From IMG/VR virus record IMGVR_UViG_3300029705_000042: 64,000 nucleotides of DNA, one strand, 5' to 3'. Made by a program: the position numbers and the translations under genes. The notes beneath the pieces were generated by a model that saw only the letters and a program-made list of their open reading frames with translations, had not been told where the DNA came from and did not search any database. Of the stretch, positions 7,741-15,264 are shown in pieces (position 1 is the stretch's first letter; each line of letters starts with the position of its first letter). Source of the stretch: a virus (Duplodnaviria > Caudoviricetes).

Positions 7741-7796
7741 ATCCCGACGCCCGTGCTGGGCGTTTCGTCGTAATTTTCAACGACTCATCAGGGGAT
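7741..7796 (-). ncRNA. Hammerhead ribozyme type I (HH6)
   Basis: auccc CUGAUGA gucgu/acgac GAAA cgccc/gggcg UC^ gggau; cut 7746/7745. Confidence 0.93.
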
Positions 7797-7807
7797 TTTA
7801 CGGGGAA

Positions 7808-8161
7808 TTATATAAAATACATTTCCCCGTTAATCTCAAGAGCAACAGCATCCTGATTCAATTCTGTTTTTACTGTCTCGCAAAAATCAATTACTTTTTC
7901 GATATTGTTTTGTAAATCTGTATCGCTACAATATGCAAATACCATTGTTGAACGTTCTTTTACTAAACCAGCAGAAGGGCTTACCCAGTATCCCAGAGCC
8001 TCGCAAGATGTAGCACCGCCGAAAGACTCGGAAAGTAAAACAGCGCAAGCATCAATATATTTTTTTGTGTTTGCTGTCTGGTTTATATCTACTGTTGACG
8101 GGATATAAACTGTAATTTTGCTAGACAATTTAAACATATTTTTTAATTTTGCGTTCATCAT
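7808..8161 (-). CDS. Hypothetical protein (117 aa), first gene of the leftward operon
   Basis: ORF track; GGAGG RBS; FGGAT..GYW motif. Confidence 0.8.
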   Translation of the reverse strand: MMNAKLKNMFKLSSKITVYIPSTVDINQTANTKKYIDACAVLLSESFGGATSCEALGYWVSPSAGLVKERSTMVFAYCSDTDLQNNIEKVIDFCETVKTELNQDAVALEINGEMYFI

Positions 8162-8190
8162 TTTTGACCGCCTCCATTATCTTTTTATTT

Positions 8191-8243
8191 TGCCTATCGC
8201 CTTTTTACATACGGGCTTTAGACCGTCAACGGCAGGTTTAGCA
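8191..8243 (-). ncRNA. Twister ribozyme type P1
   Basis: ugc U^AA accu GC cguug ACGG U CUA AA GC CCGU augu aaaa aggc GA UAG gca; canonical layout with T1 CUA/UAG; cut 8240/8239. Confidence 0.88.
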
Positions 8244-8390
8244 GGGTATAACCTTAATAGTTATACCCCAGATAAAAAGATAAAGGAAAAGGAATTTTTA
8301 ACGTCGACTTGCTACATTTTCAAGCTTTCAGGTGTACGCCTCATGCGATACTTTTATAACCTTACGACTTGACACGCTTTCAAGCTCGAC

Positions 8391-8409
8391 TATTCAATTA
8401 TCAAGGAAC
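8391..8409 (-). promoter_or_regulatory. boxA-like antitermination element
   Basis: GTTCCTTGATAATTGAATA resembles Firmicute rrn leader boxA (GTTCTTTGAAAA..) and lies in the 5' leader of the long operon. Confidence 0.55.
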
Positions 8410-8605
8410 GCCAGACCTGCTACGCCTTTATAGCCTCGTACGCTAAGGCTCGCGCCTCTGTTGCATCTCAGCGGTTGTAACGGCTGAACGCCTCCCGCCT
8501 GCTGGCTTTAACTGGCTATGTGGTTGTAACAAGTTACCCCAGCCAAACGGCTGACGGAGCTTTGAAGGTTTAGCAAGTTTTGCGCTTGCTTTACCTTACA
8601 CTTAA

Positions 8606-8634
8606 AGTATAGCATACCTTGCAAGGTAAGTCAA
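8606..8634 (-). promoter_or_regulatory. Sigma70 promoter with palindromic operator in the spacer
   Basis: TTGACT-17 bp-TATACT (TG extended -10); spacer holds perfect palindrome TACCTTGCAAGGTA (8615-8628). Confidence 0.8.
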
Positions 8635-8737
8635 TAAACAAACTGTAAATTAATTTTGAACAATTTGTGAACGACTTTCACTAGCTCGTATGCTGTCAAT
8701 CAGGCGAGCGTTTGCCGTTTGCCTTTTTGACGATATC

Positions 8738-8766
8738 ATTTTACCATACTTTGCAAGGAATGTCAA
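8738..8766 (-). promoter_or_regulatory. Tandem sigma70 promoter with operator variant
   Basis: TTGACA-17 bp-TAAAAT; spacer holds TACTTTGCAAGGAA (8747-8760, plus strand). Confidence 0.75.
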
Positions 8767-8885
8767 TGAATAAACTGTAAACTATTTGTAAATTGAAAAT
8801 GAATTTAATATGAATTTGGCGTGAATTAAATGTGAATAAATTGTGAATGGAATTTGTGGAGTTTTAGATAGATTTTTTTATAGGC

Positions 8886-8954
8886 TATTACGGAAATGCG
8901 AAATAGTTTTTTCTATTATTACGGAAATGCGAAATATTACGGAAAACCGAAATA
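8886..8954. repeat. Three direct repeats TATTACGGAAATGCGAAATA (third degenerate)
   Basis: Copies at 8886-8905, 8917-8936 and 8935-8954. Confidence 0.85.
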
Positions 8955-9180
8955 ATTAAACGATGCGAAAATGTGTAAAAGTATATTCAATAAAATGCTT
9001 TATATAAATATATATAATAAAAAATATTTATAGTAAAAATCGCTTGAATTTGAATGCGAAAAAATAATCTAAAATCGCATTGAACGGGAGCGGGCTATTT
9101 TACATTTTTTTTCAATTTTTTTTGGCGGTTGGAGGGGTAAGGTGATACATCTATTCCTCAATAAAATTTTTACCATTCCG

Positions 9181-9210
9181 TTCCTATATACAACCTTCCT
9201 ATATACAACC
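9181..9210. repeat. Tandem 15-mer TTCCTATATACAACC x2
   Basis: Exact tandem duplication. Confidence 0.85.
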
Positions 9211-9904
9211 AAAGAATAAAGTCTTTTAGTCTCCTTAATTACCTTCTTAATTACCTCCTTAGTTAATCACTTAATTACTAACTCATACCAGCTCGAATCA
9301 ACCAAAACTGTTTTAAAACAATCGCTTATTATACTATATTTATTTCTATCACTATTCTCATTTCATTATTTTATTTATATATCATTTTATCTATAACTTT
9401 TAATTTTTCATTTTCTCATCCACCCCTACTTTACACTCTCTTATCAATCAAAATTCGTTTCTTTTTTTACGGTAAATTTACGATACAAATAAAAAAGTAT
9501 AAAAATTTTAACTACGCTTAAATAACCTAAAAACAAAGCAATTTAAAACCATTAAAATACTCAGAGATACCATTTTATTTTATGACCCAAAAACTCTTAT
9601 TTTTTCAAAATTACATTCTAAAGTGTTCTTAAATCAATGCTCAATTATTTTTAAACAACTTTAAAATAATGTTATTTCAAATTTAAAATATTCAAAAAAT
9701 ATCCCATCTTTGCCGTAAAATCTTTACCGTAACCAAATTAAAAAATTCTAACATCACCTTGTTTTAAGGCTGTATATATCTAAAGTGTCTATTATGAACC
9801 GTAAAGCCAAAAATTATTTTTTATAATAACACCTCTTACTGAGAGACAAATAAATTCTTGAAAAAAAAATTATGAAAAAAATAAAAAAATTTTTAAAAAA
9901 ACTA

Positions 9905-9933
9905 TTGACAATCTTATAATAATGGTGTATAAT
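9905..9933 (+). promoter_or_regulatory. Consensus sigma70 promoter for the rightward arm
   Basis: TTGACA-17 bp-TATAAT preceded by A-tracts (UP element). Confidence 0.85.
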
Positions 9934-10130
9934 TATATCAGCAAAATAATTTATCAAATTATTGATTATTCAACTAATAAAGTTATAATAAATAATATTA
10001 ACACAAAATAATAATTATAATTATAACATAGTATAAAAATTATAATCCTCTATATTCAATAAATCGGCAGCAGATGAGCGTAGCTCATTAGTATTCTTAT
10101 ACTTTTATTATACTTATAGGATAGAAGTCG

Positions 10131-10200
10131 AAAAAGGGGTACAAAAAGTACCCCAAAATGACGCAAGTTTGACAAAAAGGGGTACAAAAAATACCCTTTT
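10131..10200. repeat. Direct/inverted repeats AAAAAGGGGTACAAAAA x2
   Basis: Copies at 10131 and 10174; GGGGTAC-N5-GTACCCC inverted repeat at 10136-10154. Confidence 0.75.
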
Positions 10201-10262
10201 TTCACCACGATAGTATTTATGATATCTGATGGATGTGATATTTTTGAAAGGAGATGATATAA

Positions 10263-11168
10263 GTGGATATGCGTGACAATGACGATAAAGATTATAAATA
10301 TGAATATTCTAAAACTCTATTAACAGATATGGAATCAAAATATATATACCTCCCTTTGTCTGTCATTGTAAACAATGAAATAGATGTAAAAAGAATTGGC
10401 ATATTATCATATCTAAGAATACACTGTGGCTTAAATGATATGGTAGGTTTTACTGTTCCAGATATGGTTGAATGGTGTGGTATGAAGCCAAATAATAGAG
10501 ATGGGAAAACTAATGATAAATTCTTAAGCGTTATAAATGATTTAAGTAGTATGGGCTATTTAACATATTTGACCGAACAAAGTAAAAGCTCTTATATTAA
10601 ATGCAAGTTTAATACTGAGTTATATTATAATGAATGTTCTAATGGATATGCTGTTGTATATTTGGATGAATTTAAAAAAATAATGGATTATAAAAACTTG
10701 CAAGGTAATTCTGTCAATAATGTAACCATGCTCCTTGTCTTTGCTTATTTAAGAAACAGAATAAGACGGAGACCAAATGAATTAAAACCAGAAGAAAGAA
10801 CATTAGACGGTATAAGGCAAAGAAAAGAAAGATTGCCAGATGCTTTTGATGGTAATATTTCTGATATCGCAAAAGAGTTAGGAATACACAAACAAACTCT
10901 CTCAAAAACAATTAATATTCTTGAACAAGAATTAGAATTAATAATAACTGACAGAGCTTATAGAATTAAAATTGATAATAATGAATTTAGAACACTGCCT
11001 ACTATCTTTGCCAACTCTTATAAACGAGAAGATAAATATTTGTTAGCTGCTGGTGAAGAATATAGTAGAGCGGAAATTGAGTTAAAAGCTCAAAATATGA
11101 AACAACATTATCAAGAATATAAAATTGATAAAAGAAAAAGAAAAAACAATAATGAAAGGAGGAATTAA
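10263..11168 (+). CDS. HTH-containing DNA-binding protein, possible replication initiator or regulator
   Basis: ISDIAKELGIHKQTLSKTINILE HTH; a second wHTH-like segment near the N-terminus; next to the repeat-rich spacer. Confidence 0.55.
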   Translation: MDMRDNDDKDYKYEYSKTLLTDMESKYIYLPLSVIVNNEIDVKRIGILSYLRIHCGLNDMVGFTVPDMVEWCGMKPNNRDGKTNDKFLSVINDLSSMGYLTYLTEQSKSSYIKCKFNTELYYNECSNGYAVVYLDEFKKIMDYKNLQGNSVNNVTMLLVFAYLRNRIRRRPNELKPEERTLDGIRQRKERLPDAFDGNISDIAKELGIHKQTLSKTINILEQELELIITDRAYRIKIDNNEFRTLPTIFANSYKREDKYLLAAGEEYSRAEIELKAQNMKQHYQEYKIDKRKRKNNNERRN

Positions 11169-11170
11169 TT

Positions 11171-11419
11171 ATGAATAAAGAATTTTTATTTAGTAACACA
11201 TTGTTCGATAAAGAACTTGATGAAAAGTTTGACGAACAAACACCTTATCATAAAGATAAAGATATAGATTTGTATTTAACAGAATCTGATTTCTATCCAC
11301 CTTGTGATAACAGAATGTGGAAATCTAATGTTGCAGATATAAACGGCGGAGATAATTTTGCCGATTATTGCGAATACTTTTTTAGAATGCTTGAAAAAGA
11401 AGAATATTATGATAATTAA
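11171..11419 (+). CDS. Hypothetical protein (82 aa)
   Basis: ORF track; AAAGGAGG RBS. Confidence 0.75.
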   Translation: MNKEFLFSNTLFDKELDEKFDEQTPYHKDKDIDLYLTESDFYPPCDNRMWKSNVADINGGDNFADYCEYFFRMLEKEEYYDN

Positions 11420-11469
11420 TAATCAATAATTTAAACAATTAAAGTTATAAATATTGGAGATGATGTACA

Positions 11470-14361
11470 ATGCTTGATGTTCAAGTACAGATTCTAAGTG
11501 TAGATACGGGCGATTTTTATAGTAATCGTGAAGCAATGCTGCATTGGTTCAATCATAAACTTAGAATAGAAAGAAATGAATTAAAGAAAAAAGAAAGCGA
11601 TATTGTCAACAAGTTATCTGAATACGGAATTAATAAAAATGATTTGATATCAATTTTAAATTATGAATTTGGTTTTGAGTCACTGGATGATAGCTCTGTC
11701 GTGTCTGAGCTTGGCGAAGAATATTGTAAAACTGTAGAGTTAATTAAGCTCAAAAATAAAAAAATTAAAGAGTCAAAAAATAAGCTGCTGAAATTGTTGG
11801 CAAATAAAGTAGAGTCTAATGCTGTTACAAATGGAATACATCATATTAGAGAATTAAGAAATCTTAATCCATCGGGAGATAAATGCAATATATATAAATA
11901 TGCAAAAGAACCGTTCAATGATAAAAAGATTATTTCGGTGTTTGATTCTGCTTTTACAAGAATGATAGGTGCAAAACAAGATGAACTAAACGAAGACTTT
12001 ATGGTTGTACAAGTTTTCTACTTTGATATTATAAAAGACTTAATTTATCACGGATTTACTTACAAAGGTGAAAAATATATTTACTTTACCTCTTCTGCTG
12101 GACAAATTAGAACCAAAAAGACTGTTTTTATAAAAGAATCTGTTTGGAAAAAATACGAAAAAACAATTATGTGCGGATTAACAATCGACTCTATTAATGC
12201 TAAGGGTGGTAATAATCCTAATAAACATTTGGCTTATATGGCTTTGACTAATTCCGCTACTGATGTTTGGGAAGAATTTGATATTGATAAAACGATAGTA
12301 ATTGACGATTTTGAAACAGATGTATATGGCACATACGACTTAGTAGACGATACTGATTACTCTATTAAAAGGGTGTCTGATTATGTTCCTATTACCCATA
12401 CCGATGGCGCTGGAATGATGCTTCCTTGTGCTTTTGGTAAAGAACAAAAAAATCAAATGGTGCGATTACCTTGGATAAAAGGACTTTTAGGAGTGTTTGA
12501 TTTTAAGAAATTTATAGAGGTTAATAATTGCTCTTCTAAAATTACGGATATATACGGCAAGACATGGGATATCATAGAAGATGATATTCAAGTAATTTTT
12601 ACAAAGAGTCAAACTAAAATGTGGAAATATTACGACTCTTGGGAACAGTATAAAGAATATTATAAATATTATAAGTGCACTGCTGGATATACTAACAAAG
12701 AAGAAGATAAAATTAAAGACGCTACTATTAATTATCAAATGCTGCAGACTCTTACCGAGGTAAACGATAATGAGATAGAGCAAATTATTAATAGGTCAAA
12801 TAACAAGTTGAAAAATTTATGCTCTTCTATAGAGTCTATGAAATCTGCTTTTGGTGTAACACCAGATACTTGCGAAGGTAATATGACATATTTACAGAAA
12901 GCCATTAAACTTTATCCTGATTTAATGAATGATGAATGGCTAAAAATTATTTTAAGACAGATTAAAGATAGTATGGTCAAAAACTACAAGGCGGGAAGTT
13001 TATCTATTAATGGCAAGTATACATTTTTGTTGCCAGATTTCTATGCGGCTTGTGAGTATTGGTTTATGAATAATAAAAATCCCAACGGCTTATTAAATGA
13101 CAAAGAAGTTTTTTGTTGGTTATTTAGAAAGGCAAAAGAACTTGACTGTTTAAGAAGCCCGCATTTATACAAAGAACACGCCATTAGAGATAATATGGCT
13201 TGGAATGGCAACAAAGAGAATCAACAGCGAATTAGAGAGTGGTTTAATACTGATGCGGTTTATACAAGCTGCAAAGATTTAATTAGTAAAATTTTACAGT
13301 TTGATGTTGATGGCGATAAATCTCTTGTGGTAGCTGATGAAAATATTATTAATGTTGCCAAAAATAGTATGAATAACATTGTTCCTCTTTATTACAATAT
13401 GAGAAAGGCATCTCCTGTTCAATTAAACAATCAAACAATTTATGATGGTCTTAATGCAGCGTTTATCGGTGGTAACATTGGAATATATAGCAACAATATA
13501 TCTAAAATTTGGAATAGCGATATCTTTGTCAATGGCTCTGTAGAAGAAAGACAAAACGCTGTTGATTTAATTAAATTGTTGTGTATGGAAAATAATTTTG
13601 TAATTGACTTTGCCAAAACTTTATATAAGCCAGAGAGACCCGATTATATTCACGATAAAATTACAAGTTTTACAAACAAAAAACTCCCCCACTTCTTTAC
13701 ATACGCAAAAGACAAAACAATTGACCAAGTTGAAAATATTAATAATAGTTTGGTAAATAAATTAGATTCTAAAATAATTAATCCAAGAATTAATTCTCGC
13801 AGCATTGGATTAAAACAAATTGACTATACCAAATTAGTAAGCAATCCAGATATTGAATGTCGTGTTGTATTTAATAAAAATGGGAAAATTAACGAAGAAT
13901 TATCAGACCCTATGATTGTTAAATATTATGAACTTAATCAGCAATATCATTTTAAGGTTAATATGGAATGCGCCGAATTAACAAGGGGCGACTTGTTAAG
14001 TAATACTCAATACAAACAAGATTTATTTTTTAAAAGAATTGCTAATGAAATTCGCACTGAGCTTTCTCAGTTTGGATATAGTGAATCTGAGATTGTTGAT
14101 ATTTTGGTCAAGTTTTTGTATTATGTTAAACCAAGTAAACATAAAAGTGTTCTTTGGTTTTGCTATGGAAAACAGATTTTTGAGAACATAGAGAAAAATA
14201 TTAAGTCAAAAACTAAGATTATTCAGTGTGTTGATTGCGGCAAATGGATTGAGATTGGCATAAAAGATACAAAGACTTGTCGGTGTGAAGATTGTTCAAA
14301 AGAACATAAGAGAGAATTAACTCGCTTAAGAGTTCAAAAACATAGAACGAAGTCTATGTAA
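11470..14361 (+). CDS. YonO-like single-subunit two-barrel DNA-dependent RNA polymerase
   Basis: Catalytic QFDVDGD (DxDGD), TDGAG, SSAGQIR and RSPH motifs; C-terminal Zn finger; followed by HU as in SPbeta yonO-yonN. Confidence 0.85.
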   Translation: MLDVQVQILSVDTGDFYSNREAMLHWFNHKLRIERNELKKKESDIVNKLSEYGINKNDLISILNYEFGFESLDDSSVVSELGEEYCKTVELIKLKNKKIKESKNKLLKLLANKVESNAVTNGIHHIRELRNLNPSGDKCNIYKYAKEPFNDKKIISVFDSAFTRMIGAKQDELNEDFMVVQVFYFDIIKDLIYHGFTYKGEKYIYFTSSAGQIRTKKTVFIKESVWKKYEKTIMCGLTIDSINAKGGNNPNKHLAYMALTNSATDVWEEFDIDKTIVIDDFETDVYGTYDLVDDTDYSIKRVSDYVPITHTDGAGMMLPCAFGKEQKNQMVRLPWIKGLLGVFDFKKFIEVNNCSSKITDIYGKTWDIIEDDIQVIFTKSQTKMWKYYDSWEQYKEYYKYYKCTAGYTNKEEDKIKDATINYQMLQTLTEVNDNEIEQIINRSNNKLKNLCSSIESMKSAFGVTPDTCEGNMTYLQKAIKLYPDLMNDEWLKIILRQIKDSMVKNYKAGSLSINGKYTFLLPDFYAACEYWFMNNKNPNGLLNDKEVFCWLFRKAKELDCLRSPHLYKEHAIRDNMAWNGNKENQQRIREWFNTDAVYTSCKDLISKILQFDVDGDKSLVVADENIINVAKNSMNNIVPLYYNMRKASPVQLNNQTIYDGLNAAFIGGNIGIYSNNISKIWNSDIFVNGSVEERQNAVDLIKLLCMENNFVIDFAKTLYKPERPDYIHDKITSFTNKKLPHFFTYAKDKTIDQVENINNSLVNKLDSKIINPRINSRSIGLKQIDYTKLVSNPDIECRVVFNKNGKINEELSDPMIVKYYELNQQYHFKVNMECAELTRGDLLSNTQYKQDLFFKRIANEIRTELSQFGYSESEIVDILVKFLYYVKPSKHKSVLWFCYGKQIFENIEKNIKSKTKIIQCVDCGKWIEIGIKDTKTCRCEDCSKEHKRELTRLRVQKHRTKSM

Positions 14362-14618
14362 CGCTACCAAAATGCTTTTATAAACAACCAATAATTAAGG
14401 TTATATATCATTTTTATAAATTTTATAAATAACCTTATTTTAAGGTTGTTTATATTATGTACATTTAGCGCCTATAAGGGAAACACCCTCGAAAACAAAC
14501 AGTCTAAAGGTTGCTGGCAGAAAGTACTAATTAGAAACTACAGATAACCTTTAGATACTTTGTTGATAAATATTTTAATATTTTATAAAATTTTATGTTA
14601 ATTATTTGAGGTGAATTT

Positions 14619-14930
14619 ATGAAAGAAAAAATTAAAATAACAAAAGAAAATCTTATTAAGGATATTGCTAAACAAACTAATAAAAATATAAGCGATGTTA
14701 AAGATGTTTATAATACTTTAGAAAAAACCGTTTTTGACATCCTCTCTTCTGTTGATGTTAATGGAGATATAACCATTAAATTATTTGAAGGTATTAGTTT
14801 GGATGGAATTTATATCCCTAAAAAAACAAAGCAAAATAATTTAACTGGCAAAATAAGTATTGTAGAAAGTAAGATTAAACCCAAATTCAATGTTACTCGT
14901 TCTTATTGTGAAAAGTTAAATTCAAAGTAA
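14619..14930 (+). CDS. HU/IHF-like DNA-binding protein
   Basis: TKENLIKDIAKQT..NNLTGK..KPKF pattern. Confidence 0.8.
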   Translation: MKEKIKITKENLIKDIAKQTNKNISDVKDVYNTLEKTVFDILSSVDVNGDITIKLFEGISLDGIYIPKKTKQNNLTGKISIVESKIKPKFNVTRSYCEKLNSK

Positions 14931-15105
14931 ATAATTAATTATTTGATATAAGCAGTGTTTCACTGATTATATATACTATCGCAGTTATCCAAAGAGATGG
15001 CTGCGATATTTCTTTTCATTCATTTTTCTACCTTTTGGCTTGTTGGCTGCCTATCCTTTTGGATAGGTGGCTGATAAAGTTTGAGGATAAGAGAAATGAA
15101 TATAT

Positions 15106-15181
15106 GCTTCGATATCTCAATTGGCAGAGGACTTGATTTGTAATCAAGATGTTGTGGGTTCAATTCCCTCTCGAAGCTCCA
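15106..15181 (+). tRNA. tRNA-Thr (UGU)
   Basis: Acceptor GCTTCGA/TCGAAGC, anticodon arm CTTGA-TTTGTAA-TCAAG, T loop TTCAATT, encoded CCA; 76 nt; one T-stem mismatch. Confidence 0.9.
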
Positions 15182-15264
15182 TACAAAATAAAGGTGGTAT
15201 ATCTATGTACCACCTTTTGTCTTTTATATTTTTTTGTAATGTTTGGAGGTTAAATAAAATAAAC

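Noticed and set aside
8886-10200. Short repeats as a CRISPR array
   Set aside because: Only 2-3 copies each, no unique spacers of regular length and no cas genes
11470-14361. RNA-dependent RNA polymerase replicating the ribozyme-flanked RNAs
   Set aside because: DxDGD is shared with cellular RdRPs, but size and synteny match the DNA-dependent YonO type; nothing in the sequence supports RNA templating
15121-15264. N-terminal 48 codons of the 452-aa ORF
   Set aside because: They overlap tRNA-Thr; the real start is ATG 15265
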